35,344 nucleotides of DNA from assembly GCA_046542505.1 (NCBI GenBank), contig JBKHBH010000012.1, forward strand, positions 1 to 35,344, written 5' to 3'. Numbering within the stretch: the first letter of the stretch is position 1; each line of letters opens with the position of its first letter. The DNA is from Thermovirgaceae bacterium (GTDB lineage Bacteria; Synergistota; Synergistia; Synergistales; Thermovirgaceae). The notes beneath the pieces were generated by a model that saw nothing but the letters and a program-made list of their open reading frames with translations, did not search any database and was not told where the DNA came from. Positions 16,869 to 27,612 of this stretch are shown here, in pieces. The position numbers and the translations under genes were made by a program.

Positions 16869-17832
16869 CGCTTGCTTCGACTTTCCTCGTGACTGATTCC
16901 AGTGCTTTATCCAGACCGCCTTCTATTTTGCAGCCTGCGGCCCTGACGTGTCCACCACCACCCCAGAGGCATGCCAGGTCCCTTGCACTGTATGGTTCTT
17001 TGGTCCGGATACTTACCCGCACATGGCCATCTTCCTCGACAAGAAGGAAGGCGATTTTGACCCCTCTCAGATGAAGGAGCTCGTTTACCAAATGCTCCGT
17101 ATCTTCCCTGGTTGCTTTCGTTTCATCGAAATCTTCATTTGCTAGCCAGGTGACGCAAGCCTTCCCGCAGGCGAATGTGCGTGTCCGAAGAAAACCGCGT
17201 CCCCACAGCTGCAAACCCGAAAGCGACTGGTTTTCGTAAAGGAGGGCGAAAATATCATGGGGTTTGACGCCGCGCTCCACCAGCTTCGCCGCAATCCCGA
17301 GCGTTTTCACACTGGTGCCCTCGAAACGGAAATGGCCCGTGTCGGTGACAAGGGCCACGTACAAAGCTTTGGCTTCTTCCAGATCCGGAAGCCACCGGGC
17401 GTACTCATACAAGTCCCAAAGTGGCTCTGCGACGGCCGGTGCTTCGCTGCAGACAAGATTCACATCGCCGAAAAGCCCATTGTCGCCGTGGTGATCAATA
17501 TTGAGCACTGTGGCAAGGCGTCTTGCTTCTTTAAACTGGACAGTCCTGTCGGCCGAGCTGATATCCAGAGCGACTATGGCTGAATTTGCCGGAACCTCGG
17601 CTGCGGAAAGGGTTTGAATCTTCCTGTATCTTTTGCTCCCCCAGAGAAAACCATAGGCCTCCGGCAAGTCATCGGTCCCGAACCAGGACCATCCCTTTCC
17701 AAGGATGTCCGCCCTTCTGGCCAAGGCGCTTCCACAGCCTATGGTATCTCCGTCAGGACGCTCGTGAGCAAGTATCACCCACCAGTCGGCACCGAGGAGG
17801 GCCCGGTGGATCTGCTCAAATTTATTTGCCAT
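16840..17832 (-). CDS. nrnA: DHH/DHHA1 phosphoesterase (NanoRNase/pAp phosphatase NrnA-like)
   Basis: HERPDGDTIG, NIDHH, VTDTGHF, GGGGHVRAAG; start placed at MANKFEQ. Confidence 0.9.
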   Translation of the reverse strand: MANKFEQIHRALLGADWWVILAHERPDGDTIGCGSALARRADILGKGWSWFGTDDLPEAYGFLWGSKRYRKIQTLSAAEVPANSAIVALDISSADRTVQFKEARRLATVLNIDHHGDNGLFGDVNLVCSEAPAVAEPLWDLYEYARWLPDLEEAKALYVALVTDTGHFRFEGTSVKTLGIAAKLVERGVKPHDIFALLYENQSLSGLQLWGRGFLRTRTFACGKACVTWLANEDFDETKATREDTEHLVNELLHLRGVKIAFLLVEEDGHVRVSIRTKEPYSARDLACLWGGGGHVRAAGCKIEGGLDKALESVTRKVEASDGNRFSPSG

Positions 17833-18196
17833 TTGTTCCGTTTTCCCCTTCTTTCTCATCATGCTTCAGCGAGTCCAGGACCGCCTCAATCTTTCTGGCC
17901 TCTTCTTCAACCTGATCGGGGATGAAGTGGAGCTCCGGAACCTTTCTGAGCCGCATCTGCCGGCCTATGAATCCGCGGAGTACGCCGGAAGCCTTTTCAA
18001 GGGATTTCTGGACAGCCTCCAGCTCTCGTTTATCCACCGTGGTGTAATACACTTTGGCATGTCCAAGATCTTTCGAGCAATCGACTTCGACAAAAACGGC
18101 CTTCTTCGCCGTTTCGTCCTTGATCTCAAACTTCAAGAGCTCCGAAAGCTCCCGAAGCAACTCCCTGTTTATCCGCTCAATCCGAAAATGTGTCAT
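17822..18196 (-). CDS. rbfA: 30S ribosome-binding factor A
   Basis: RIERINRELLRELSE, SKDLGHAKVY, RLRKVPELHF; ATG 18196 with GAGAGG RBS. Confidence 0.95.
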   Translation of the reverse strand: MTHFRIERINRELLRELSELLKFEIKDETAKKAVFVEVDCSKDLGHAKVYYTTVDKRELEAVQKSLEKASGVLRGFIGRQMRLRKVPELHFIPDQVEEEARKIEAVLDSLKHDEKEGENGTNGK

Positions 18197-18509
18197 ACCT
18201 ATCGACCTCTCGCTGGACTGAGACAATGTAGAAATCCGAGTCGTCCTCACGTCTTTGGACAAAATTTCCCACTTCTTCGAGTCGCAAAAAAACACTGTCG
18301 TAGGAACTGCCCAAAGTTCCCACGGCAATCCCTGCATCTGTCCACGAGTCTTTCGGGCCCAGGTCGGTCACTGTGACATTCCATTTTTTCTTCAGGCGCT
18401 CTACCAGTGACCGGACAACCTGACGCCTGTCTTTCAGGCTTGATGCTCCCGGTATCCGGAGGAATACAAGAAGGATCCCCCAGTACACTTCGTGAAAGGC
18501 AGGACTCAT
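18177..18509 (-). CDS. ylxP: DUF503 (YlxP) family protein
   Basis: IPGASSLKDRRQVVRSLVERLKKKWNV; conserved position between infB and rbfA. Confidence 0.88.
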   Translation of the reverse strand: MSPAFHEVYWGILLVFLRIPGASSLKDRRQVVRSLVERLKKKWNVTVTDLGPKDSWTDAGIAVGTLGSSYDSVFLRLEEVGNFVQRREDDSDFYIVSVQREVDRYDTFSD

Positions 18510-20458
18510 ACGTCCAGTGTCCTCTTCTCCTCAACGAGCTCGTAGGCTTCCAGAATATCTCCTTCCCGTACATCCTGGAAGTTGGCAAGGTTCATTCCGC
18601 ATTCGTATCCAGCCTTGACTTCCCTGACATCGTCCTTGAATCGTTTCAGGGCATCTAGGGAGCCGTCCCAGATCACCACTCCGTCGCGTATCAGGCGGAC
18701 CTTCGAATTCCGCTTTATCTGTCCTTCCTGAACATAGCATCCTGCGATCTTGCCGGCTTTGGGAACCTTGAAAACAGCTCGCACTTCGGCCTGGCCGAGG
18801 ACATTTTCCTTGATCGTCGGGGCAAGCATGCCTTCCAGGGCGGACCGGACATCATCGATGACATCGTAGATCACCCTGTAGAGCCGTATCTGGATACCCT
18901 CCGACTCGGCCATCTTCTTAGCATTTGAATCGGGCCTGACATTGAAGCCGATGATTATCGCCTCGGAAGCGGAAGCCAGCATGACATCCGATTCGGAAAT
19001 CCTGCCGACACCTTCGTGGATAAAATTGATTTGAACTTCATTGGTTTCTAGTTTCTGCATCGAGCTTTTCAGTGCCTCGAGAGATCCCTGGACGTCGCAC
19101 TTGATCACGACCTTCAGCGACGGTGTTTCGCCTTCCTGCATTTTTCCGTAGAGATCTTCCAGGGTTATCCGCCTCGAAGGACCCGCTTCGGCTTTCTTCT
19201 GTTCCTGGATCTTGTCATCGATGACCTGTCTGGCTTCTTTCTCACTGGGAACGATTCTGAAGACCTCTCCGGGCTGGGGAACGCTGTCAAAGCCAAGAAT
19301 CTCGACAGCCTTGCTCGGGCCGGCTTCATCGACCTGTTTGCCCAAGTCGTCGATCATGGCCCTGACCCTGCCCCATGCGCTGTCGGTCAACAGGATATCC
19401 CCCCTGCGGAGTGTCCCCTGCTGGACAATGACGGTGGCAACGGGCCCCTTTCCCTTGTCCAATTCGGCCTCGATAACGACTCCTTCCGGTTCTATTGTCG
19501 GGTCAGCCTTCAACTCGCTCATATCCGCCACGAGAAGGACCATCTCCAGAAGCTGGTCGACACCTTCCCCGGATTTGGCAGAGATTTCGGCAAAGATCGT
19601 CTCACCGCCCCATTCCTCGGGAATCAGCCCGTGATCGGCCAGTTGCTGTCTTACCCTGTCCGGGCGGGCGTCGGGTTTGTCTATCTTGTTGACGGCAACG
19701 ACGATAGGGACCCCGGAGGCCTTCGCATGGTTGAGAGCTTCCACGGTCTGGGGCATGACACCGTCGTCGGCGGCAACGACGAGGATGACGATGTCCGTTG
19801 CCTGTGCTCCCCTGGCCCGCATGGATGTGAACGCTTCGTGTCCCGGCGTATCGAGGAAAACGATGTCCCTGCCTTCGCATTCAAGGGTGGACGCGCCGAT
19901 GTGCTGCGTGATTCCGCCGGCTTCCCCTTCCGTTATTTTCGTTTTTCGAATATAGTCCAAAAGCGTCGTCTTCCCGTGATCAACATGCCCCATGACTGTT
20001 ACGATAGGTGCCCGCGCTTCCAGTTTCTTGCCTTTCGGGGCGGCTCGCTTTACGGGAGGAACCGTTTTTTTCTCTTCGGGTTCAACAAAAAACAGATCCT
20101 TCCCGAAAGCCTTCGAAAGCACCTCGGCCGCATCCTCTTTCAGCACAGCCGTCGCCGGGATCATGTGTCCCGCCGTCACCAGGGCCTTTACAGCTTCCGA
20201 GGGCTTTATATCCAGGGCTTCCGCGGCCTCAGACACCGTCGAACCCTTCGAAATCGATATTCTTTCCCGTTCTTCCCCTGTCTCTTCCTCCGGGCTTTCT
20301 TCTCCGCCGAGCGCCTCTTCCACGATCTGTGCCGTCTCGGAATCTATGGAGCTCATGTGGGTTTTTACTTCAATGCCAAGGTCTTTGAGCATTTTCATGA
20401 GTTCCTTGTTTGATATACCAAGCATTTTTGCCAGTTCATACACACGAATCTTACTCAT
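18506..20458 (-). CDS. infB: Translation initiation factor IF-2
   Basis: [49 protein letters not shown]. Confidence 0.99.
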   Translation of the reverse strand: MSKIRVYELAKMLGISNKELMKMLKDLGIEVKTHMSSIDSETAQIVEEALGGEESPEEETGEERERISISKGSTVSEAAEALDIKPSEAVKALVTAGHMIPATAVLKEDAAEVLSKAFGKDLFFVEPEEKKTVPPVKRAAPKGKKLEARAPIVTVMGHVDHGKTTLLDYIRKTKITEGEAGGITQHIGASTLECEGRDIVFLDTPGHEAFTSMRARGAQATDIVILVVAADDGVMPQTVEALNHAKASGVPIVVAVNKIDKPDARPDRVRQQLADHGLIPEEWGGETIFAEISAKSGEGVDQLLEMVLLVADMSELKADPTIEPEGVVIEAELDKGKGPVATVIVQQGTLRRGDILLTDSAWGRVRAMIDDLGKQVDEAGPSKAVEILGFDSVPQPGEVFRIVPSEKEARQVIDDKIQEQKKAEAGPSRRITLEDLYGKMQEGETPSLKVVIKCDVQGSLEALKSSMQKLETNEVQINFIHEGVGRISESDVMLASASEAIIIGFNVRPDSNAKKMAESEGIQIRLYRVIYDVIDDVRSALEGMLAPTIKENVLGQAEVRAVFKVPKAGKIAGCYVQEGQIKRNSKVRLIRDGVVIWDGSLDALKRFKDDVREVKAGYECGMNLANFQDVREGDILEAYELVEEKRTLDV

Positions 20459-20777
20459 TTGTATCGCCCCCCTCCGTCACGAGCGCCTCTACCTTCCCGG
20501 CCAGACCATTGGCCTCCGGAATGGCAAGGATCTGCGTCCGTCCAAGGCCAAGATGGGTTGCAACCGAGTTTCTCGTGACGCCTTTCAAAACAATGACCTT
20601 GCAACGTCCTCTTTCCCTGTAGCCGGCGACCGCCGACAAAACGTTTCGGGAATGGTCCTCCGTCAACAGGATCAGAAGTCTTTTGCCCCGACCCAGAGCC
20701 CTTCTGACCCTTGTCTGGCCTGATACCAGGATGTTCGCTTTCAACGCCATGCCGAGCACTTCGAATAGACGCGTCAA
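20451..20777 (-). CDS. L7Ae/L30e-like RNA-binding protein (YlxQ-like)
   Basis: LGMALKANILVSG..VRRAL; position between ylxR and infB. Confidence 0.75.
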   Translation of the reverse strand: MTRLFEVLGMALKANILVSGQTRVRRALGRGKRLLILLTEDHSRNVLSAVAGYRERGRCKVIVLKGVTRNSVATHLGLGRTQILAIPEANGLAGKVEALVTEGGDTNE

Positions 20778-21106
20778 AAATCCTTTTCTCCTCTCCCTGT
20801 TTCGGTTCCGACTGCTTCGTCACCCGAACAGAGCTCTTCAAGTGCGTCATATATCTCCCGCGGAACTTTCGTTTTCAGCGCCTTCGATATGGCGTCCCTT
20901 TTCCGCGCGGCACGAAGGCATTCGGCATTCCTGCACAAATAAGCGCCCCTGCCCGGAGCTTTCCCGCTCCTGTCGATCCGGACGTCTCCGTCGGGAGATC
21001 GGACCACCCTCAAAAGCTCACGTTTTCCTTCTTCTTTTCTGCAACCGACACAGGTTCTCGGCCTTTTCCGGCGATTCTTGCCCGTCTGGCTGGCCTTCTC
21101 GCTCAT
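20774..21106 (-). CDS. ylxR: YlxR/RnpM (DUF448) RNA-binding protein
   Basis: PRTCVGCR, ELLRVVR, GKAPGRGAYLC. Confidence 0.93.
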   Translation of the reverse strand: MSEKASQTGKNRRKRPRTCVGCRKEEGKRELLRVVRSPDGDVRIDRSGKAPGRGAYLCRNAECLRAARKRDAISKALKTKVPREIYDALEELCSGDEAVGTETGRGEKDF

Positions 21107-22212
21107 TCAGAGTCGTCGCTCTCCTCGTTGATGATATCTTCGAAAAGATCCTGAAGAGTCGGCAGACGCTCAGGTTCCAAGCCCTTGATATCAATCTTCC
21201 ACCCTGTGAGCCTGGCCGCCAGCCTGACGTTCTGTCCCGCTTTCCCTATGGCCAAAGAAAGCTGGTCAGGTCGAACATGGACCTGAACGGCCTTTTCCTG
21301 CTCTACCAGGGGTTCCACCTTTGCAACCCTCGCGGGTGAAAGGGAATTCCTGATGAACTGCAGGGGATCATTGTTCCACACTACCACGTCGACCCGCTCC
21401 CCGTTCAGTTCCTTGCTGATCGACTTGATCCTCGCGCCGTTGCTCCCGATGCAAGCACCGACGGGATCGACATTAGCGTCAAGGGTGCTGACCGCCACTT
21501 TTGCCCGGGCTCCTGCTTCCCTCACGATGCCCCTGATTTCCACCGTTTTCTCCTGGATTTCGGGAATTTCCAGTTCCAAAAGTTTTCTCAAGAGGCCCGG
21601 ATGGCTTCGCGACACCACGATTCTCGGCCCTTTTGAAGTCTGGCGGACCTCGAGAAGGTAAAACTTGAACCGTTCGCCCAATTTGTAGGATTCGCCCACG
21701 ATCCGCTCTTCTCTGGGCAGGATGGCTTCGGTTCTGTCATTTAGACGTACAAGAACGTGATCGTTCTCGGATTTGAAAATGATGCCGTTGACCATGTCGC
21801 CCAGCTTGTCGGAAAATTCCTCGAAAATAATCTGGCGCTCGGCATCTTTCAGCCTCTGGATAATGACCTGCCTCGCCGTCTGGGCTGCAATCCTGCCAAA
21901 GTTTTCGGGATCCACCTCAATCCTGATGATATCTCCGACACTGACATCGGGGAAACCCGCCTTTGAGGCATCCCCAACGGTCATCTCCTTGTCCGGGTCC
22001 TCTATCTCATCCACGATGCGCCTGACTTCGCAGATCGTCATCTGGCCGTTTTCGAGATCCAGATGGATTTCCACATCCTGGTCTCCATCCTTGTATTTCC
22101 GGTAGGCCGAAACCATGGCGGCCTCTATTCCCGATGATATGATCTCATGGGACAATTTTCTTTCCTGGGTTATCTGTCGTAAAGCGCGAACAAAATCACG
22201 CCCCAATTGCAT
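21103..22212 (-). CDS. nusA: Transcription termination/antitermination factor NusA
   Basis: FGRIAAQTARQVIIQ, VSRSHPGL, DPVGACIG, LSLAIGKAGQNVRLAARLTGWKIDIK. Confidence 0.99.
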   Translation of the reverse strand: MQLGRDFVRALRQITQERKLSHEIISSGIEAAMVSAYRKYKDGDQDVEIHLDLENGQMTICEVRRIVDEIEDPDKEMTVGDASKAGFPDVSVGDIIRIEVDPENFGRIAAQTARQVIIQRLKDAERQIIFEEFSDKLGDMVNGIIFKSENDHVLVRLNDRTEAILPREERIVGESYKLGERFKFYLLEVRQTSKGPRIVVSRSHPGLLRKLLELEIPEIQEKTVEIRGIVREAGARAKVAVSTLDANVDPVGACIGSNGARIKSISKELNGERVDVVVWNNDPLQFIRNSLSPARVAKVEPLVEQEKAVQVHVRPDQLSLAIGKAGQNVRLAARLTGWKIDIKGLEPERLPTLQDLFEDIINEESDDSE

Positions 22213-22739
22213 TACTTTTTCCTCCTTTTTTTCCGTTCCTGCTTTTTTTCGACGAGCCGTCGCGAGATTCCCTCTCCATCGTCAACCAACCTCGCCCTCG
22301 CAATTTTTTCGAAGGGAACTTCAAAAACAGTCTTCCCTTCTTCCCCGAAACGGATTGTTGCCTCCCCGACGCCGGTAATCTCCTCCGTCAGGTGCTTCCT
22401 GTTTTCTATCTTTTCGTGAAGCTTTACCTTGACTTTTCGTCCGGTGAACTTCCTGTAGTCATCAATGCTGAAAAGCGGCCTCTCCAGTCCGGGCGAGCTG
22501 ACCTCGAGAAAAAAATGTTCCGGAAGGAGATCTGCATGCCTGTCCAAAAGCCTGTTCAACTCCCTCGACACGGTTTCACAGTCGGCAACGGAAATGCCTC
22601 CAAGGGAATCAATATACACCCTGAAAACGGTCCTCCCGCTCTCGGTCACCCTTTCCACTCCGACGAACTCGTACCCCAGCGATTCGACAACCCGCTTTAT
22701 CGGTTCGTTGCCAAAACGTTCCTCAAAAAGGTCTTTCAT
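22212..22739 (-). CDS. rimP: Ribosome maturation factor RimP
   Basis: RVYIDSLGGISVADCETVSR, LEVSSPGLERPL. Confidence 0.96.
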   Translation of the reverse strand: MKDLFEERFGNEPIKRVVESLGYEFVGVERVTESGRTVFRVYIDSLGGISVADCETVSRELNRLLDRHADLLPEHFFLEVSSPGLERPLFSIDDYRKFTGRKVKVKLHEKIENRKHLTEEITGVGEATIRFGEEGKTVFEVPFEKIARARLVDDGEGISRRLVEKKQERKKRRKK

Positions 22740-22786
22740 GAGGTTCCCCCGTTTCGTTTGCTAAAAACCCGTCCGCCTCGACAGAT

Positions 22787-22823
22787 AAAAGGCGAAGAGC
22801 GGGCAGTGCCCGCTCTTCGCCTT
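22787..22823 (-). terminator. Terminator/attenuator hairpin in the rimP-nusA leader
   Basis: Perfect 16-bp inverted repeat AAGGCGAAGAGCGGGC-ACT-GCCCGCTCTTCGCCTT with a short U tract (TTTTATCT), downstream of the predicted promoter. Confidence 0.75.
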
Positions 22824-22856
22824 GAATAGATGCATATCCAGGCGGAAGACCGACAA

Positions 22857-22886
22857 ATTATACCATGGACGCTTCTATAGTGACAA
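22857..22886 (-). promoter_or_regulatory. Sigma70-type promoter of the rimP-nusA-infB operon
   Basis: TTGTCA-N18-TATAAT with extended -10 TG. Confidence 0.78.
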
Positions 22887-22922
22887 CCTGACTCCCGTAG
22901 GACTCAAAACCCAGCGGCATGA

Positions 22923-24395
22923 TCATTCGACCCAATAGTTCGGCGCTTCTTTGGTGATCATAACATCATGGGGATGGCTTTCCTTGACACCCGCTGCGGT
23001 TATCTTGACAAAGCGCCCCTTGGACTGCAACTCAGCGATATCCGCGGCACCGACGTATCCCATCCCGGATCGAAGTCCGCCGACAAGTTGCTGGACTACC
23101 CCGCCGAGAGGTCCCTTGTAGGGGACAAGGCCCTCTATCCCCTCCGGAACGAGCTTATCGTCGGTACGGTCCTGCTGGAAGTATCTCTCCCTGCTTTTTC
23201 CTTCCTTCATTGCGCCGAGAGATCCCATCCCCCTGTAGCTCTTGAAAGACCTCCCGCGGTAGATAACCACTTCTCCGGGACTTTCATCGGTACCCGCGAA
23301 AAGCGATCCGATCATGACGGAATCAGCCCCTGCGGCGAGAGCCTTTACAACATCGCCCGAATATCTGATGCCTCCGTCGGCTATCACTGTCTTTCCTTTT
23401 CTGTGGGCTACTTCGGCGGCTGCCATGACGGCGGTCAACTGAGGCACGCCGATGCCCGCCACAACCCTGGTCGTACAGATCGATCCCGGTCCGACCCCGA
23501 CTTTTACTCCGTCCACGCCGGCTTCGATCAGTGCCTCTGTTGCCTCACCGGTCGCGATGTTTCCCGCCAAAAGCGGAATATCCGGATGCCTCTTCCTGAG
23601 ATCCCTGACGGTCTCGATGACCGACCTTGAATGTCCATGAGCAGTATCCACGACGAGTACATCAACCCCGGCATCAATAAAGAGGTCCGCGGCTGAAAGC
23701 GCCGCTTCTCCCACTCCAAGGGCCGCGCCGACGCGCAACCGGCCGTGTTCATCCTTGCAGGCATCAGGGAAATCCTTTGCCTTGCGGATATCCTTTATGG
23801 TAACCAGTCCCTTGAGGACGCCTTCGGAATCCACAATGGGAAGTTTCTCCACCTTGTGTTTCCTGAGAATTTCCGTCGCGCCTTCAAGCTTCGTTCCTTC
23901 AGGTGCCGTAATCAGGTTTTCCCTCGTCATGACGTTCATGATCGGTTGCGTGTATTCCGTGACGAACCGGAGATCCCTGTTGGTGATAATACCCACGAGC
24001 TTCTTGTTTTTGTCCACGATAGGGACACCTGATATGTGATAATGCTCCATGAGTTCCACGGCTTCAAGGACAGGGTCCTCAGGGTGAAGGTAAAAGGGGT
24101 CGACGATGACTCCGGACTCGGACCGTTTGACCTTGTCTACCTCGGCAACCTGTTCCTCGATATCCATGTTTTTGTGCACAACACCGAGTCCGCCCTCTCT
24201 GGCAAGGGCGATGGCGAGTCGCCCCTCGGTCACTGTATCCATGGCGGAGCTGCAAATAGGGATATTCAGGGGGATCCCGGGGGTCAGACGGGATTTTACC
24301 TTGACTCCGGAGGGAAGCACTTCGCTGTAGCCCGGGACGAGCAGCATGTCGTCAAAGGTCAAACCTTCCCGGGGAACAAAACGGTCCTTTTTCAT
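22923..24395 (-). CDS. guaB: Inosine-5'-monophosphate dehydrogenase (with CBS pair)
   Basis: [53 protein letters not shown]. Confidence 0.99.
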   Translation of the reverse strand: MKKDRFVPREGLTFDDMLLVPGYSEVLPSGVKVKSRLTPGIPLNIPICSSAMDTVTEGRLAIALAREGGLGVVHKNMDIEEQVAEVDKVKRSESGVIVDPFYLHPEDPVLEAVELMEHYHISGVPIVDKNKKLVGIITNRDLRFVTEYTQPIMNVMTRENLITAPEGTKLEGATEILRKHKVEKLPIVDSEGVLKGLVTIKDIRKAKDFPDACKDEHGRLRVGAALGVGEAALSAADLFIDAGVDVLVVDTAHGHSRSVIETVRDLRKRHPDIPLLAGNIATGEATEALIEAGVDGVKVGVGPGSICTTRVVAGIGVPQLTAVMAAAEVAHRKGKTVIADGGIRYSGDVVKALAAGADSVMIGSLFAGTDESPGEVVIYRGRSFKSYRGMGSLGAMKEGKSRERYFQQDRTDDKLVPEGIEGLVPYKGPLGGVVQQLVGGLRSGMGYVGAADIAELQSKGRFVKITAAGVKESHPHDVMITKEAPNYWVE

Positions 24396-24548
24396 GTCAC
24401 GTCGCCTCCTTGAGAAAAATAAAGCCGCCTGAAAACACGTATCCGGGATTTCATTAAAATAGATTCCGGCGCGTCTCCTGCGTCAATTCTTTCTCTTGAC
24501 CCGGGCGTTACGCCGGAAACCGAATTCCTCGCGGCTGGTTTGCACGAA

Positions 24549-24577
24549 ATTGTAGCTTTACGGTACTCGATACGCAA
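24549..24577 (-). promoter_or_regulatory. Sigma70-type promoter upstream of guaB
   Basis: TTGCGT-N17-TACAAT, about 150 nt before the ATG. Confidence 0.6.
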
Positions 24578-24624
24578 GCGGGAAATCCGCGCAAGCCGGG
24601 AATTTCTCTAAAAGTCCCTCAGGT

Positions 24625-25791
24625 TCAACCGGAAAGATCCTCAATGCCTGAAAGGGTGGCTACTGCATAGCATTCTACGGCTTCCGAGTTTCCGACAGAC
24701 CCGGTATTCTCGCCGCTTTTTGCACGAAGATTGACGATCCGGGGAAATCCGAGACGGCTGAAAATATTGTTGAGGGATTCTTTGATGCGCGGGATCTCAT
24801 TGCCGATTCGTGGCGCCTGGAGAACAATGACGGCGTCAATCCACTCGATGGACCAGTTTCTTTCTTGCAGCCGGGTGATAACCTCGGCGAGTAGCCCCGT
24901 ACTTTTGACTCCCTTGAGCGAAAGATCCGAAGACGGGAAAAGAACACCTATGTCGGGTTCGCCCGCGGCTCCCAAAAGGGCATCGCATATTGCATGGCAC
25001 AACGCGTCGCCGTCGGAATGCCCTGAAGCACCCAACGGGGAATCGATCTGAATTCCTCCCAGCATCATAGGTCTTTCAGGAGTCAGGGCGTGGATGTCAT
25101 AACCGATCCCTGTCCGGAAACGCCGTCTTGACCCGGCAATCCTTTCGGCCAGTTCAAAATCTTCCGGGTAAGTGATCTTGAAATTTTCAGGGTTTCCCTT
25201 TACCGTTTCGATTTCCCGTCCTGACTCCAACCAGGCCTGGCTGTCATCGACACAGGGTTCTTTCCTGGTCTGCAGCACCTCCAGAAGTTCCATCCTGGGA
25301 AAAGCCTGCGGGGTCTGCACCGCGTAAAGGTTCTCCCTTTCCACGTGTATTGGTCTCTCGTCAGCGTCAATTTGCTTCAGGGCATCATTAACGGCAATTA
25401 GAGGGATGGCTCCTTTCCCGCGCCGTACCTTTTTCATGAGTCTGTCGCACAACCCTGGTGTCGCAAAGGGTCTTGCAGCATCGTGGACGAGCGCGTTTTT
25501 CCTTTCCGTCGCTTCCAGACCTTTCATTACCGACTCGCATCGGGTGCAGCCGCCGCGTACTACCCACCAGATTCCTTTCATTTCCCCTGTCGGGATCCTG
25601 TGCTCAGCTTCAGCGCCATCCGGGACGACGACGACCGCCTCACGGACCTTTCCTGCTTCCATGAGACCGGCGGCCAGGCGTGCACTCCACATCCATAGCG
25701 GGAAAGACCCGAGCCTGCGGTATTGTTTCCTGCCTTTTGCGTACCGGCGGCTTTCCCCGGCCGCCAGAATGATAAAAGCCCAGTCATTCAC
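24625..25791 (-). CDS. ispDF: Bifunctional IspD/IspF (MEP pathway)
   Basis: IILAAGESRR, LVHDAARPF, VQTPQAF, NFKITYPED (IspD) fused to RTGIGYDIH, GHSDGDALCHAICDALLGA (IspF). Confidence 0.95.
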   Translation of the reverse strand: MNDWAFIILAAGESRRYAKGRKQYRRLGSFPLWMWSARLAAGLMEAGKVREAVVVVPDGAEAEHRIPTGEMKGIWWVVRGGCTRCESVMKGLEATERKNALVHDAARPFATPGLCDRLMKKVRRGKGAIPLIAVNDALKQIDADERPIHVERENLYAVQTPQAFPRMELLEVLQTRKEPCVDDSQAWLESGREIETVKGNPENFKITYPEDFELAERIAGSRRRFRTGIGYDIHALTPERPMMLGGIQIDSPLGASGHSDGDALCHAICDALLGAAGEPDIGVLFPSSDLSLKGVKSTGLLAEVITRLQERNWSIEWIDAVIVLQAPRIGNEIPRIKESLNNIFSRLGFPRIVNLRAKSGENTGSVGNSEAVECYAVATLSGIEDLSG

Positions 25792-26966
25792 GAGCGGACC
25801 TCTTTTCGGATCTTGCCGAAGACCATTCTTCCCGCAGACGTCTGGAGCATGGATGTCACGATGACTTCGATCCTCTTTCCGATGAATTTTTCGCCGTCCT
25901 CGACGACGATCATTGTGCCGTCGTCAAGATATCCGACACCCTGCTGCGGTTCCTTGCCTTCCCGAATGACATCGACAGTCACGGCCTCTCCCGGGAGCAG
26001 CATGGGCTTCAGGGCATTGGCAAGCTCATTGACGTTGAGAACATCGATCCCCTGTATCTGGGCAATCTTGTTCAGGTTGTAATCCGTTGTCACAACCTTT
26101 GCAGACATCGCCCCGGCGAGTTCGACGAGCCCCTCGTCTACGGAATCGACTCCAAGCTCCTTCAGGGACGTCTCCACGATCTGTACGGTTATATAGGGTA
26201 GTTTCTGCATCTCGTTGATGACATCAAGTCCCCTCCGGCCTTTTGTCCTCCTGGTGGGATCCGAGGAGTCCGCTACGGACTGCAGCTCCGTCAAGACGAA
26301 TCTCGGCAGTATAAAGGTCCCTTCTACAAATCCGGTGGAAGCGATATCAAGTACTCTACCGTCAATAATGACGCTGGTGTCGAGGACTTTGACCGAAGAC
26401 CGTATCTGGGAAACTTCGACGGTTTCAAGATCCGTCGGCATGTCTTTCTCCCCGCCTTCCCCATTCTTGATCTTCCGGCTTTTTATGCTGAAACGGCCTT
26501 TCAGTTCTCCAATGGACGACCACATGCCCAGGATTTCCTCCTTGCGCTTGAGGAATATCCTGACACCGATATAGCCGAGTACAATATTGAGGAGTATAGC
26601 GACATAGCTTCCGATCACCGGAAGATCCGCAAAAGGCAGGGCGACGAGGTTCGCCACGAGCAGTCCGGCAATGAGTCCGAAAATGGCTATGGAAATATCA
26701 TTCCAGCTGAGATTCTCCAGGTTCTTTTCCAAGGATAAACCAATAAAGCCCAGAATTCTAATAAACACGGGGGTTAAAAGGTACCCTATCAGGCCGCAGA
26801 GAACAACGGAAAGAATATAGGGGACGACATTCTCTGGAAACTCCACCCAGGGCCACCATTCCTCGGCGATGACCAACAGTGCAAGCTGGTATCCCGCCAC
26901 GCCTCCCAGAAGCACAAATATGCTTCTGGCGAGGATGGTGAGAACCTTCGTGAGTCCTTCAGCCAC
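25788..26966 (-). CDS. yacL: Membrane-anchored PIN/TRAM domain protein (YacL family)
   Basis: N-terminal TM helices, KVLDTSVIIDGR, KGRRGLD, TTDYNLNK, GVGYLDDGTMIVVE, LQTSAGRMVF; GTG 26966 with GGGAG RBS. Confidence 0.92.
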   Translation of the reverse strand: MAEGLTKVLTILARSIFVLLGGVAGYQLALLVIAEEWWPWVEFPENVVPYILSVVLCGLIGYLLTPVFIRILGFIGLSLEKNLENLSWNDISIAIFGLIAGLLVANLVALPFADLPVIGSYVAILLNIVLGYIGVRIFLKRKEEILGMWSSIGELKGRFSIKSRKIKNGEGGEKDMPTDLETVEVSQIRSSVKVLDTSVIIDGRVLDIASTGFVEGTFILPRFVLTELQSVADSSDPTRRTKGRRGLDVINEMQKLPYITVQIVETSLKELGVDSVDEGLVELAGAMSAKVVTTDYNLNKIAQIQGIDVLNVNELANALKPMLLPGEAVTVDVIREGKEPQQGVGYLDDGTMIVVEDGEKFIGKRIEVIVTSMLQTSAGRMVFGKIRKEVRS

Positions 26967-26970
26967 GGTA

Positions 26971-27600
26971 TCACTCCCTTCCTGTCTTTTTGTCCTGTTG
27001 CCTCGCTTCGACCCTTGATTCAAGGGATGCGTGAATCGTCACCCGGTCGGCGTACCCTATACTGCCACCGAGAGGCAGGCCGAAGGCCAAGCGGGTTACC
27101 TTCACATCAAAAGAAGCAAGGGCATCAAGCACAGTAAAAAAGGTCAGGTCTCCCTCGACCCGGGGATTCGTCGCAATGATCACCTCCCGAAAGGAACCGG
27201 ATTCCACGTACTCTTCCAGGGCCTGTATTCTTTCGGGAGCAAGGTCTTCTCCATCAAGGGGGGAAACCCGCCCCCCCAGAATAAAGTAGAGTCCTGAATA
27301 TGCCCCCGATTGTTCGAAGCTCAGCATGTCTTCCACGGTTTCAAGGACACAGAGGGTCTGTCTGTCCCTGAAGGGGTCACTGCAGATTGCACAAGGGTCC
27401 TGGTCTTTTGTCGTTATATTCCCACAAACAGAGCATGGAACAGTACGTTCCCTCAGATCCAGCAGAGCCTCCGTCAAATCCCTGGTGAAAGATTCCGGCT
27501 GTTGCAAAATATACAAGGCAAAGCGCCTCGCCGTCTTTTCTCCGACGCCGGGGAGCTTCCCTAAAATGTGGACAACCCGTTCCAGTGGTCCCTGAACCAC
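26971..27600 (-). CDS. recR: Recombination mediator RecR
   Basis: LPGVGEKTARR HhH, CSVC..CAIC zinc finger, EVIIATNPRVEGD Toprim. Confidence 0.97.
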   Translation of the reverse strand: MVQGPLERVVHILGKLPGVGEKTARRFALYILQQPESFTRDLTEALLDLRERTVPCSVCGNITTKDQDPCAICSDPFRDRQTLCVLETVEDMLSFEQSGAYSGLYFILGGRVSPLDGEDLAPERIQALEEYVESGSFREVIIATNPRVEGDLTFFTVLDALASFDVKVTRLAFGLPLGGSIGYADRVTIHASLESRVEARQQDKKTGRE

Positions 27601-27612
27601 GTCGGGGCGCCC

